Part shown: positions 41,344 through 55,174 of the stretch, in pieces | Position numbering within the stretch: the first letter of the stretch is position 1 | How the letters are laid out: each line of letters starts with the position of its first letter | DNA from: Octopus vulgaris | Taxonomy: Eukaryota | Reading direction: 5' to 3' | Assembly: GCA_951406725.2 (NCBI GenBank) | Contig: OX597836.1 | Coordinates: 11,036,001 to 11,100,000, forward strand | DNA length: 64,000 nt | The notes under the pieces: model-generated | Told to the model about the DNA's origin: nothing | Database searches by the model: none | What the model saw: the letters and a program-made list of their open reading frames with translations, nothing else | Program-made: the position numbers and the translations under genes

Positions 41344-42041
41344 AGCGCCTCTGTTACATAATATTAAAACAGATACATATTTTAAAATTATATTTATTTT
41401 ACTAATATTTATATTCCAATATATCTTTTGCGAATACACCTGATAAATTAAACTTGAATGATACCAATTTTGCAAAAATGTACTTATTCAATATGTCAGT
41501 TACCAAAAGAAAAAATCAACAACAACATAAAAAAACAAGAAGAAAACCGTTGTGTTGAGAAACTAAATTTTGACAATTTACGTGTGAAGACAACAGGTCG
41601 AAAATATTCTCTGAATTGTGTTATTTTCCGTTCTGTTATTAATGAAACGGTTGAATATTTTAACATCTCAGCATGACTAGTACTAATATATATTTCTTAA
41701 TATATATTTTTCTTCTGTCAAAATATACTTTATACGTCTGAATTCATATGTACATGACTACAGACGTTAAGACGGATATCATTTAAAACTTGATAACAAT
41801 CTTAATACTAAATATTTTACTACTAGTTATATAAAACCATCATTTCATTTGTTTGAAATTCATTGCTTATTCCTGTTCTATTGTCTACATGTGCTAACAT
41901 GTGGCGAGTTACCAAAATTGTTTAACACGTCGGACGAACTGCTTAATGGTGTTTCTTCTGACTTTACATTCCGAGTTCACATTTTGCCGAGGTTGACTTT
42001 ATCCTGCTTCCTTTCGGAGTCAATAAAATAAGAACCAGAAT

Positions 42042-42590
42042 GCGGCGAGCTGGCAGAATCGTTAGCACGCCAGGCGAAATGCGTAGCCGTATTTCGTCTG
42101 CCGTTACGATCTGAGTTCAAATTCCGCCGAGGTCGAGTTTGCATTTCATCCTTTCGGGGTCAATAAATTAAGTACCATTTACGCACTGGGGTCGATGTAA
42201 TGGACTTAATCCGTTTGTCTATCCTTGTTTGTTTCCTCTGTGTTTAGCCCCTTGTGTGTAGTAAAGAAATAGGTATTTCATCTGCCGTTACGATCTGAGT
42301 TCAAATTCCGCCGATCTCGACTTTGCATTTCATCCTTTCGGGGTCGATAAATTAAGTACCAGTTACGCACTGGGGTCGATGTAATGGACTTAATCCGTTC
42401 GTCTGTCCTTGTTTGCTCCCTCTATGCATAGCCCCTTGTGGGCAATAAAGTAATAAGATACATTAGCACGCCAAGCAAAATGCTTAGCAGTATTTCGTCT
42501 GCCGTACTTTCTGAGTTCAAATTCCGCCGAGGTCGACTTTGCTCCAATATGGCCGCAGTCAAATGACCAAAAGAAGTAAAAAAAAGTAAA
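42042..42590 (+). mobile_element. Young SINE B tandem array ending in a SINE A tail
   Basis: GCGGCGAGCTGGCAGAATCGTTAGCACG head, repeated body, third head fused at ~42541 to GCTCCAATATGGCCGCAGTCAAATGAC. Confidence 0.9.
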
Positions 42591-43567
42591 AAAGCAACGC
42601 ACTTTAAAGTGTAATACCTGTAGTTTTAAAAAATCAAAGTATCATTTCAGGCAGAATCTGCTGCTATATCTTGTATATCAAGCGACCACATGAAAGTTCT
42701 ATTGGTTTATAAAGAGAATTCTGTGACAAAGAAATGTACTCCCTACACTGTATCCTACACCATTGTACAGTGTACTCGAAACACTGAAACTATCCCGCCA
42801 TTTTGTTTGCGTTAACATAAAATATTTTCCTTGTCGTATTTTCAATTAGCGAAGGAAAAAACCGATATTTTTCTCAAATTCCTATAATTATATTCGATTA
42901 TTTTCAAATGGATTCGATTATCTGTCGAACTACCGTGATGATGTCTGAAAGAATTCAGCTCTTCAGTTCCCCGGCTCGTTCTTAAATTGTCCAAGATCCT
43001 TTAATATTGCGGTTCTTTTCCTTTTTTCCTTTTTCCTTTTTCCTTAGACAGGTGCGAAATTCGATAATGATTCTTCCATATTTGAACTGAAAGCTCCACT
43101 CGTTATCCTTTCATTAATAATCAAGAATCTTATTGTTCGTGAGAATTATCTTAATGAAGTAATTAAGCCTTGATGCAATTAATGTAGTAATTAATGAACA
43201 GCTGTTGAATTCTTCCTCTTCATTGCAAAACTTAAAGGGTTTTTGTGGTCTATGTGTCCTATGTATTCTTTCTGTTATTCATTTCTTACGTTATATTGCA
43301 GAATTCCAATATGCAGGTGTAAATACCGATTGCTTTTGACAAGGCAAATCAAATGTTGCGTGCAAACAGCGATAGGAATGCGAGAAATTTGTCTCGAAGC
43401 CACTTGGTTATACATTCAATTTCACTGTTTAGCAATTTGGTTCTCACTGCCTTTTATCATAATGTCGGTTTGGTTCAATGCTCAGGTGTACGGAATTTTG
43501 AAGACGGAAATTTTTTTGAAACAAATCGTGCATATATAAATACATATATACATATATATATTTACAT

Positions 43568-43625
<58 letters not shown>

Positions 43626-43876
43626 TTATATATATATTATATATATATTTGTACATTTATATATATATATATATATGAACACATACATATATATATATAT
43701 ATCGTCTTTGGAGTTGGTATGCAAGATTCTTTATGGGAGTTCGTGTGTTGAAGCATATTCTGTTGTGTCTAGAACTAGAAATGTAGTTTACAGCATAAGA
43801 TGCACAGAAGGTGTTTATAAAGACATGAACATGACATAGAATGGGAAGGCAGTTTCTCCTGTGTTTAAATGCACAC

Positions 43877-43955
<79 letters not shown>

Positions 43956-44082
43956 CGTCAAACAAATTCACGCACAAAACAGTGGTAGAAGACATCGACT
44001 CAACTCACCGTACAGTGGAACTGAATCCTTTGAAACCATGTTGTGAAGCTCTATTATTCCTGGAATGAATGTTTAAAATATA

Positions 44083-44297
44083 CAGGGTGGCCCAAAAGTA
44101 GGTTTCCAGTTATTCAACTATCTCTTTCGCATTCATATTTTAACAGTTTAGTTCTTAATTATAAAAAAGAAATTAAATCGTTATTCTGTTCTAGTTTAGT
44201 TAACTGTAAGATAAAAAATTTTAATGTAATAAAATGTTTTGAAACGAAATTTCAAGAGCTTACGTGATATCTGTAACCTTACTTTTTGGCCACCCTG
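44083..44297. mobile_element. Tc1/mariner MITE with intact TIRs and TA TSD
   Basis: TA|CAGGGTGGCCCAAAAGTAGGTTTCCAG ... CTGTAACCTTACTTTTTGGCCACCCTG|TA. Confidence 0.9.
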
Positions 44298-44656
44298 TAT
44301 AACAAAACTACAGCGACGAATCAACTTCAAAACTTTTGTTCTCGTTTGTTGTCTGTTGCTGGAATGATGTACAGTAATGTTCAGTAATTGTTAAACTGTA
44401 ATCTGTGTTGCATCCACGTCGAAGCAAAAACAAAAACAAACAGAATTAAAACTTGTAGTCGTTTTTGAAGTAGCCACTCAGTTGGTTCGCCATTAATTTA
44501 GGAATTGGTTATCTAATTTCGATGCCAAACATGTTCTAGTTCTAGCTATAAATTCCAGCAAGTTTGTTTGAGAGAACACTACACGATATAATTACAAATG
44601 AATTTTGTAAAGTACATTTGAGTTTGCAAAACAAATTCTTTAGTTCTTTTATAACA

Positions 44657-44752
44657 CCGGAAGCGGAAATTTATATGCGTGTAGAAGATAATCGAAGACG
44701 AACTGAAGCACAGAATATATATATATAACAGAAGCACATATTTTGGCAAGCT
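44657..44752 (+). promoter_or_regulatory. Putative ETS-motif promoter and non-coding first exon
   Basis: Tandem CCGGAAGCGGAAAT at 44657-44670 in unique DNA, ~80 nt later donor GCT|GTAAGT at 44753. Confidence 0.35.
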
Positions 44753-45778
44753 GTAAGTATTATATATTAAACACCGAAATATCTAACAAAAGTTTTGTTT
44801 TAAACATTTATCTCATTTACTGATCGACAAATTATTTATCTCTCATCTTTTCTTGTTTTCGTTGTTATTTTGCTAACGTTTGAAGTTGAAATAATATTCC
44901 TACTAGTACGAAATATAAATATGCAGATATTTAAAATTTAATTATATCTAATGGGATTCTTAATATATTGAAATATATTCACATACTATATTCAATAAAT
45001 GACTGTTGAAGTTATCTCTCATCATAACATGCTAATGAATTATAATTGACGTATTTCTATTCATCTTTTATTAACGATGATGATATTTTTTCTTCTTATT
45101 TTTCTCTTCTTCTGAATGTTTGTGGAAATTCATTATCTGCTTGCTATTTGTAATTTTCAACTAGAAATCGTGAATTACTTTGGAAAGTCAGAATCTTGCG
45201 AATTACATCTATAAAAGGTTGTTAAGAGATTTTGTAGACGTCGTATTTTTCTATGGCTTCAAAACTAGTTCGTTTATTCGCTTATTCTCTTATCAATTAA
45301 ACATCAGATCGAATGCACAACATTATGATAGCAGATAAAAGTGCTATTGTTGAGAAATTAACTCTTTAGTTACGTAATAGTTGCGGAGAAATTGTGGCAG
45401 GTTCAATCCCGCAAGGCATCACATTGCCAAGTGTTTCCCAACCTCGTCTACCAAATTCTACACAGAATGCCTTTTGCAGAAAGAATTTGGTAGACATGGC
45501 TCTGTGTTCGATCCCACTGCATGGAACCTTCGGGCAGTGTCTTTTACTATAGTCTCGAACGGATCAAAGCCTCGTGAGTGAATTTGGTAGACGGAAACTG
45601 AAAGAAGCATGTCATATGTATATTAAAATTGTGTATAAGAATTTTGGATTTACCTGTCATATATAAGAATTTACCTGCGATTTGTATTCTACATACATTT
45701 ACTGGTATCTGATTGTCAGAAATTTAAACTTATTCCTTTATACTGAGCGCTTACCTGATTTCCGTTTATATATGTACG

Positions 45779-46678
45779 CACGAGGAGGTCGGACTTGTTC
45801 ATTGGTACGCCAATAGATCTTTTAAAGATCGTGACCTGTGTGAGCTAGCAGTTATCTTCATGAGGCATTGTTCCGAGTGACATTGCTGTGTTTACTTTGC
45901 AACTTGTGAAATTTGTGTTTCTGTGATCACAAGTATGATGTAGTCTGCGATTTTGTCAGAGACAGGAACAAAAAGCCAACGTGAACTTTTGCGTTATACT
46001 AGCGAGGTCTGTTACAGAGAGAGACACTGATCATGCTTCGGCTGGCTTACGGTAATGAGACAATGGGTTTTACATAATGCTTCGAGTGGCATGGTGCTTC
46101 AAAAGTGGAAGAACATCTCTGGAAGACGATAAGCAGTGTGGAAGACCTGTCACGAGCGTCATCCCCGGAAATGTGATATTGTGCATCGGGAATTTGTACT
46201 TCAGGACCAGACCTTCAATTAAGAGTTCTACTGGTACGTTTTGAATTGCTTGAGGGAGGACATCCGTCGAAAGAGGCTGGATCTGAGGAGCGCAAAGAAT
46301 TAAATTCTTCACGATTACAATGCACACTGTCACCGAGCACTCATTCGTAAGTTTCTCGCCCAAAACAACAGTTTCGCTTCCGCACCCGCCCAATTCGCCA
46401 GAATTAGCACCTTCTGACTCCGTCTCTTTCCCAAGATGAAAACTACAGCTCAAAGGTCGCCGTTTTTACACCTTTGTCGAGATCCAGAGCGATTCGGTGA
46501 AGGTCCTCGACTTGCTTATGGAAAACGACTTTCAGGCCAGATTTCAAAAGTTGCAGGGACGCTGGAAACGGCGTATAGCTGCGCAAGGTTACTATTTCGA
46601 CGTGGATGATGTTAAAACTTAAATAAATTGTCTTTTTTTTTATTATTAAACATAACTAGTCGGGTACATTTTGATATA
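45779..46678 (+). mobile_element. Internally deleted mariner transposon (pseudo-transposase)
   Basis: EQKANVNFCV..MLRLAYG..CFEWH..FKSGRTSLEDD..GRP (HTH), deletion, then LREDIRRKR..ILHDYNA..LPHPPNSPELAPSD..LFPKMK..KGRRF..RWKRRIAAQGYYF; many stops and frameshifts. Confidence 0.92.
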
Positions 46679-46972
46679 TGTGTGTGATTATCTATAATTA
46701 TGGCTGTATTCCTGTTTATACGCTTAAGACTGTGTGTCGCTTTGCTCACCTTTATGTCAAGATGACATAATTATTCGATAATTAGAAATCAATTAATTGA
46801 CTGCCAGCCTGAAATACTGCGATCAGTAAGATTGTCTATAACCTTTGAAGTTGGCACCGCGACATCGTTACAATCAAACAGTCGAAACTTGAAGCTAACT
46901 GAATAAATTTAAATCATAAATGTGAACGTCACCTTTTCTCATTGGTTAATGGTGCTATACGTGGTGCTATTA

Positions 46973-47260
46973 GGGGCGTGGCCTATTGGTTAATGTGTTG
47001 CGCTGTCGATCCCAAGATTGTGGTCTCCATTTCAGGACTAGATGGTGTGTGGTGTCTTTGAGCAAAACACTTCCTTCCTCGATGCACAGCGATCACTTTG
47101 ACATCTGATACGTGGAACACTATGCATTTGTACAAACTAAATCGACTTGATGGAGGAAGTGAAATAACGTTCAACATAAACACTTCATCACTATACACAA
47201 ATCATTTGTGTATAGTTACAAAACCTTCATGATTCGCTAACGACAGGAGAGTCAACCACG
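46973..47260 (+). mobile_element. Old tRNA-derived SINE (family D)
   Basis: GGCGTGGCCTATTGGTTAA A-box-like head and GTGTCTTTGAGCAAAACACTT core-like motif. Confidence 0.55.
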
Positions 47261-47490
47261 GGGGTACTTATGATTAGAAATTATAAGGTTTTGTGTTAAA
47301 TAAGGTAAAAAAAATATTATACATATTTATCACATCCTCTTTCTTGGTCTTTCAGTTAAAATACAAACTTCGAAGTAAGATCCTGCCAGTTTATTTAGAA
47401 ATGAATTATCTCCCTTATAACAAGTGGCCACCAGGGTACACCACATGTTTGCTTTTTCCTTCTCGATTGTGAATCTGTGTGGGTCGACGA

Positions 47491-47538
<48 letters not shown>

Positions 47539-47694
47539 ATGCACATACGCTCAGAGGCACAGACACACACAGACACACACATACACACATACACACACAT
47601 ACTCATGCACATACGCTCAGAGGCACAGACAGGCACAGACAGGCACACACAGACACAAGCACACACACATACACACAAACACACACACAACACA

Positions 47695-47739
<45 letters not shown>

Positions 47740-47749
47740 GTATATATTT

Positions 47750-47965
47750 ATTTCTTTACTACCCACAAGGGGCTAAACACAGAGGGGACAAACAAGGACA
47801 GACAAAGGGATTAAGTCGACTACATCGACCCCAGTGCGTAACTGGTACTTAATTTATCGACCCCGAAAGGATGAAAGGCAAAGTCGACCTTGGCGGAATT
47901 TGAACCCAGAACGTAACGACAGAGGAATTTCGCCCGGCGTGCTAACGTTTCTACCAGCTCGCCGC
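47750..47965 (-). mobile_element. Young SINE B
   Basis: Same unit as 40760-41343 with a small deletion in the head. Confidence 0.9.
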
Positions 47966-49054
47966 AGTATATTTATGTACGGTGGACTTCGATGGTGTTT
48001 CCGTCTACCAAATTCACCCACCAGTCTTTCGTCGGATCGCAGCTGTAGCAGATGGCACATGCCCAAAGTGCCACACAGTGTGACTCTTGCAAAGCGAACT
48101 TCTTAACCGCACATCCATACCAAATCGCAATCTTTAAAATAAACTTCAAAGTTTTAGAAAACCCATTCTCAACGTATTAGCGCTGTGAAAATCCTATTGA
48201 TTTTGTTATACTCGGGTAGGATTCAGAAAATATGGTAAGCATAAATGTTCTGAATATTTTTTTTCCTTTTATATAATTCTAAATGTTTTAGTTTAAAATA
48301 TAACTTATAAAAAAAAAAATTACATGCCAAATGTGCTAGGAATTTCATATTTGATCTCCAGCGATTCTAATTAAAAGAAAAATGGATAAGAACCACATTT
48401 TTTCTGTTAATGTTCGAGAATGAATTTCAGAAATGTACAGCAACTCACTCTACAAACGACACATTACTATGGTATTATAGGGGCATTTATTTAAATTGTG
48501 CTACTGTTTTTTTGAAAAAATTATACTTGTAGCAAAATAATATGCAAATTTTAGTTTGCAAACATAAAAACAATTTCCACCGTAAATAACGAAAGCGTAA
48601 TTTATGTTTAAAAGAAACTATGTATATGTTGATTCCTTATAGTTTGTAATTCATTACAAATTGAAAGAAATTAAAACTTTATAACGAATTCAAATGCATA
48701 AATATATATTAAAAAAAAATTACCAAAAGTTAATAACTAAAAAATTACTTAATTTGCATTTTTAAAAAAACGAGCAAAATGTCACCAAACATTATATTAA
48801 AAGACATCTCCTCGGAGGCCATAATATTTTAAATGAATTTTAAAACAGCAACTGGAAAATTTTTGCAATTAATATTCTTTATAAACATAAGACTCTCCAA
48901 CACATTCTAACAAGTCTTACAATGTAATCAATATTTCGTTTTGTGAAGAGAAGTCAAATTTTTTTTTTCATCTCTTCCATTTTTAACAGCAAATTATTTT
49001 TTGCATTTTAGTTCTTTTTAACGCTAGTTTTCTTTGAATATATATAAATATACA

Positions 49055-49100
<46 letters not shown>

Positions 49101-49183
49101 CATACATACATATATATATATGCATATGTATATATATATATATAATATATATATATACATATATATGTATATATATATGTATG

Positions 49184-49229
<46 letters not shown>

Positions 49230-50240
49230 AATACATATATATATACATACACGTGTGTGTGTGTATGTTTAGATGTAGCACTTAACAGGAGGCTTCTAAT
49301 GTGAGGCACATGAAATATAATCACATTCAAATTGCATTGCTTCTTTCGTATTGATCTGAAAGATAAAATAGATAGAGAGATAATTTAACAAATATTTTCA
49401 TAGCAGCAGATCGGCTTCCATTTTTTTTTCTTCCGTTTCGTTGGGGCGTGTATGCATGTGTTTGCATCTGTGTGTGTGTGAATGTGTGCTAGTGTACTGG
49501 CTCGGTTTCGAGGTAATATTATGCACATCTGTATTAAAAAGCTGGGATATGAAGGAAATATAAAGAATATTAAATGTGACGAATATATTATTAGAAATTC
49601 AGGAGAAAAAATAATATCTGTTATTCAAATTTATTCCTAAATGTATCATACAGCATCTAAAAAAAAAGCACTCTCTATTTATAAGTTTGTATTTTAAACA
49701 ACTGTCTATTTTATTGGAAATGGCTCAACGCAAAACCACTTAGGTCATCTATCATAAGTCATAAGAATACAGTATACTCCTTCTTATCTGGTACTTAAAT
49801 AAGCAAAAATTTGAAGCAACTGAAAGTTAGTAAAAGTAAACAGAAAATATGTGTTGTTAATTAGAATCGAGAATTTGTGCTATTTTGTGTTAATGAATTA
49901 ATTTCATTTAAAGAAAGAATGATCCTACAGTATCGAAAATGGATCGATGCTTCTCAAAGTACAATAGATTGTTTTATTTAACTGTCTTTTATTAAGTTAA
50001 TAAAATTTGTTCTTTACTTAAGCAATATTCTTAGTTTTTTTTTTGTCTATTTTGTTGTATTTCTACAATATTGAGAATATTAATGATAATCGGTTCAGCA
50101 AAATGAGAGCGACAAAATTAAACACCAGGCTTCAAATTAAAATATTGGTATCGATTCGTTCGACTGGAAACCGTGCCCTAGCATGACAACAGTCCAATGA
50201 CTGATAAGTTACAATATAAAAGTTAAAAATATATGTGGCT

Positions 50241-50640
50241 GTGGCTGCGTGGTAAGAAGCTTGCTTCCCAACTACATGGTTCCGGGTTCAGTCCCACTGC
50301 ATGGCACCTTGGGCAAGTGTCTTCTACTATAGCCTCGGGCCGACCAAAGCCTTGTGAGTGGATTTGGTAGACGGAAACTGAAAGAAGCCCGTCATATATA
50401 CATATGTGTGTGTCTGTGTTTCTCCCCCACCACCACCAACGCCACCACTGCTTCACAACCGGTGTTGGTGTGTTTAAATTCCCGTAACTTATCGGTTCAG
50501 TAATAGAGAACGATAGAATAAGTGCCAGACTTTAAAAAAAATAATAAATACTGGGGTCGATACATTTGACTGAGAATTCTTGAAGGCAGTGCCCCTGCAT
50601 GGCCGCAGAGTAATGACTGAAATAAGTAAGAGATAAAAGA
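50241..50640 (+). mobile_element. SINE family A, full length
   Basis: GTGGCTGCGTGGTAAGAAGCTTGC..GGTTCCGGGTTCAGTCCC head to CATGGCCGCAG..AATGACTGAAA tail. Confidence 0.9.
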
Positions 50641-51199
50641 TTAACGTTAAGGTGCTATGGTAATTTTTAAAAAATGATGATCAGATATCCGGAAAATTCA
50701 GTTATCCGGCAACTGTCCGGTGTTAGTGGTGCCGGATTTTAGGGAGTTAACTGGAGATGCTCTGGATAAATTAAGAAATTATCAATGACCATAAGTGGCT
50801 AGGCTAATGCTTAACGGAAATATGATTTTTACTTTTAAATTGCACGGGGTGGGGAAAAATCGACAGAGATGCTTAATAGCTTAATGAACTCGTCAAACAT
50901 AAGTCATTATCTTCGACAAGTTCATTAGCGTTAAATTATTGAGTGGTGGTCGTGACAGGAAAACATCGAATTAAATGCTGTGCAATACGTTCCGAGTTCA
51001 GATCAAGTCAACCGTGACTCCAATTTGCGCGAATGCAATATGATAAGCGTCATTAGCATACATGTGCCGATACGCTCGACTACGTCCGATACAGTCCGAC
51101 CGATCTTGATTGGTTGGGTTGCGACAAAATAACTAATAAATTAATGTGTGTTCTCGTCGGAGATGCGGCTAAAATACGACAGAAATTGTAAAATTTATA

Positions 51200-51640
51200 G
51201 GCGTAGATGTGTGGTTAAGAAGCTCGTTTTGCAATCAGTGGTTTCGGGTTCAGTTCCACATCGCGGCACCTTGGGCGAGCGGTTTCTCCTATTGACGCGC
51301 GCCGACCTACAACTGAATCGTATCGACGGTAACTGAGTGGAATTCCATCGTATATATATACATATATATATATAGGATCGCGGTTTCGATTCCCAGACCG
51401 GGCATTGTGAGCGTTTATTGAGAAAAGACACCTAAAAAGCTCCACGAGGCTCCGGCAGGGGGTGGTGGCGATCCCTGCTGTACTCTTTCACCACAACTTT
51501 CTCTCACTCTTTCTTCTGTTGGCTTGCTCGATTAGCCAGTGGGGTGGCGTCATTTGAAGGCTAAAACAATGCGAAGTGCATTGTGACCAGCGACGTGCAG
51601 CAACATCTGATAGCCTGGTCAGTCACTGTGGTCACGGTGA
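51200..51640 (+). mobile_element. Diverged SINE A head (51200-51350) followed by SINE C-type body with an alternative 3' tail (51373-51640)
   Basis: GGATCGCGGTTTCGATTCCCAGACCGGGC..CTGTACTCTTTCACC shared with family C, but the tail differs. Confidence 0.8.
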
Positions 51641-52367
51641 TATATGCGTGCGTGTGTGTATGTGTGTGTGTGTGTGTGTGTGTGTATTTGGATCACCATT
51701 GCCATTTCCAAATATCACCTGTGAGTTAATAATGGACCTAAAAGGCAGCCATCGACATAAAGCGGGAATGGTCAGAACCAGCAGAGATGAAAGGAGATAT
51801 AAGACAAGGATGTCCGTTATCGCTATAGCTATTTAATATGTTTAGTGATTACATATTCAGAGAGAATCTGATATCGTAACAGAGCAAAGTGACAAAGAAT
51901 GCCTAAATATAAATGCATAAGAGATAAAGATAAGAGTTATTAAGAAAAGCAGAACAAAAAGAAGCAAGGCCCTAACCACTAGGCCACGCTCCTTTATCCG
52001 ATTCTATTTTTTTGTAAAAATCGAATTTACATTTCAAAGAGATATTTTAGCAAGTTGCTATTGATTTCTTCTCGCCAGGCACACGGCCAATATTTGTACA
52101 CGCTATTGCATCTAATGCAGAATGTGACATATATCCATTTACTAATTTTACCAACCGCTGTGCAATGAAAGTCAATAACTCTTTGGATAATATGTAAATA
52201 TGTGTGGTTAAAGATAAATCCTGGATCGATAATATTATCAACTACATCGATAATATATCTACTATGAACTGATTGAATTTGGTTTAAAATTTCCCATTAA
52301 ATGTGTGCAATCCTGTTTGCATGAGAAATATATTCGAAAATTATTGAAGACTGGAAATTCGGGTGTT

Positions 52368-53077
52368 TTGGGTGGTGTGCAAAGAAGTAGATGGGGTTCC
52401 GTGGGAGTGTTTAAAAATAGGGAAATAAGTTTACCCACACGAGAAAGCACTCGGCCTCCCGTTTACGAAGATGGTGCACTAGTCAACTGTTTGTTATATT
52501 ATCCTTACTGCATCCACGCCGCATTACTTGATTGCAAAATTGCATTGAGGAAACTAAGCCATTTTTACAAAATGGCGTACTGAATAGCGGAAAGGAAGGA
52601 GATTCTCGAAGCGCATGTGAGAACGGGTTCTGTTTAGCAAACACTTGAAATATTTGGAGTCAAGTTTCCGAATAAAGGCTTACCAGTAAAGAGCACGATA
52701 AAAATTGTATGGTTTGCTACGGGGTCAGTGCACAACGTACCAAAACAAAGGGTTCCTACGGTTTGAACGCCAAAAGTTATTCAGGCCATTTGCCAAAGTA
52801 TTATTCAAAGCCCAGAGAAATAACGACGTAAATTGACACAGCAGTCTCGCATAATTGGTCAAGCCAACGGGTATTGAAAATTCTAAAGTTTAAGCCATAT
52901 CAGTTCACATATGTACAGCAATTATAAATGGATGACAAGGGCAAACAAGTAACTTATTGCAAATGACTTCTGCGTAGCATTGCTAAAGGTGAACAACATC
53001 CATTCCAACACTTGTAAATTTATTTCTGTATTTACACTATGTTACGGAAGCCGGTCTACTCTTCCCTCGCCACCCTG
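52368..53077 (+). mobile_element. Internally deleted rosa-like (DUF4817-HTH) Tc1/mariner element
   Basis: From ATG 52572: MAY*IAERKEILEAHVRTGSV..FGVKFP..LPVKSTI..FATGSV..QSPEK*RRKL..LKFKPYQFTYVQQL..; jumps to ..FQHL*; degenerate TIRs GGGTGGTGTGCAAAGAAGTAGA..TTCCGT / ACGGAA..TCTACTCTTCCCTCGCCACCCTG|TA. Confidence 0.8.
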
Positions 53078-53770
53078 TATAATATACCAACTAACTCGAT
53101 GATAAATGTAGCCAAACCTCCTTCAACTAAAAACCTCTGAATATATACTTTCCTTTAAATAGAATTAGAATCTCCGTGAAGGGCAATCACGCAATGCCAG
53201 TATGTAGTATTATAAAAACAATATATTCACCATAAACCAGAAACCAAAAATCTCTTGTGGATTTCAGACCTACAAAAATGAAGGACAAATTGGAACAACG
53301 AGAACACAAAAATGCAAAATTCACATACAACAAGCACGTCAAGCAAATACATCCATCATCAGCTGCCAAATGGATATCATCATGTTTTCGACACGCTGGA
53401 GTGGGCCATTCAATCCAACGGTGTCAACGCCGTTAAAGATATAGACGTTGGCTGAGAACCCATATACATTTATGTCTGTACCTGTTCCAAATACCAACAT
53501 CGAATGAAAACAGAAGGCATTTCACACCTTTGACTGCAATTTTATAAGAAAATATTGTCAATATAACAGAATTTACGAGCAGATTGAATTTGTGTGCCTT
53601 CTTAATGTGCCATTCTTTGGCTTCCAGAATGTAACAACGTGATTGCGATAAAACGAATGTCTTTCCAACACAACCGTTCCTGCGAAAATGTCTTCCTTTT
53701 TTGTTTTTGTTTATATTTGCTCTGCATTTCATAAACCATATTGTGAATGAGAGATGCCAACAATACCCAC

Positions 53771-54260
<490 letters not shown>

Positions 54261-54696
54261 CAAAATTATTTTTATCTGAACGGTGCTTATAAAATATTAG
54301 ACGTATGGTTTCTTTTTCACTAAATGTATTAATGAATCTAAAGAGAAGCAAAGAAAAACATATAAGCTCGTATTTTCCTGATGTATCCTCCTTTGTTTAA
54401 CAACGTATATAGATAAATGAATATCATTTTTCTCACGAATGTGGTAAACACAGATGTAATTACTAGAGTTTTGCTTGTTATCCACCTACTGAATGACTGA
54501 TTAGCTCTATTGACAACCGTAGACTGATTCTGCAAGTTATATAAATGTTAAGATTTGAGTGCGTCACTATTGCACAGCGAAACTGAAGTATTCTGTCGCT
54601 CGAGTGAATTTTACAGTGATAAGGTCGAGTGTAGAATGAAGCTGAATTTTGAGTTTCTCATTCTGAGTGTGTCTGTATGTGTGTGTGCGTGTGTCA

Positions 54697-54778
<82 letters not shown>

Positions 54779-54862
54779 AATAAAAATTGGGCAACTGCAT
54801 TAAGTACGATACGAAGAATGCTATCTTAAACTAATATTGCTTCTGTTGCACATAACAAATAC

Positions 54863-54923
<61 letters not shown>

Positions 54924-54926
<3 letters not shown>

Positions 54927-55132
54927 CCATGTTGAATCGCTAGCTTCAGCACGCATTTTTCTCTCTCCTTGTTTCTCTCCGTGTTTGTTTTCTGTGTATC
55001 TTTCTGTTGAAGAGCGTAGGCTCGAAACGTAAAAGACTTGTTTTATTTCTACTCCTGAGCGCCATACTAATACAATTGTTTGTTTGTACTCCACCTGCCT
55101 TCGTCTTTTGTTTATTTTCATAAAGCTTCCCG
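54924..55132 (+). mobile_element. Short Penelope-type repeat in (TA)n with minimal hammerhead-like motif
   Basis: TCTTT-CTGTTGA-A-GAGC GTAG GCTC-GAAA-CG-TA-AAAGA at 54999-55036; homologue at 11111-11316. Confidence 0.65.
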
Positions 55133-55133
55133 T

Positions 55134-55174
<41 letters not shown>

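Noticed and set aside
43010-43170. Strong polypyrimidine acceptor with possible micro-exon
   Set aside because: The tract is a (TTTTCC)n simple repeat; no supporting donor or meaningful frame.
46070-46453. 127-aa minus-strand ORF
   Set aside because: Antisense to the decayed mariner transposase.
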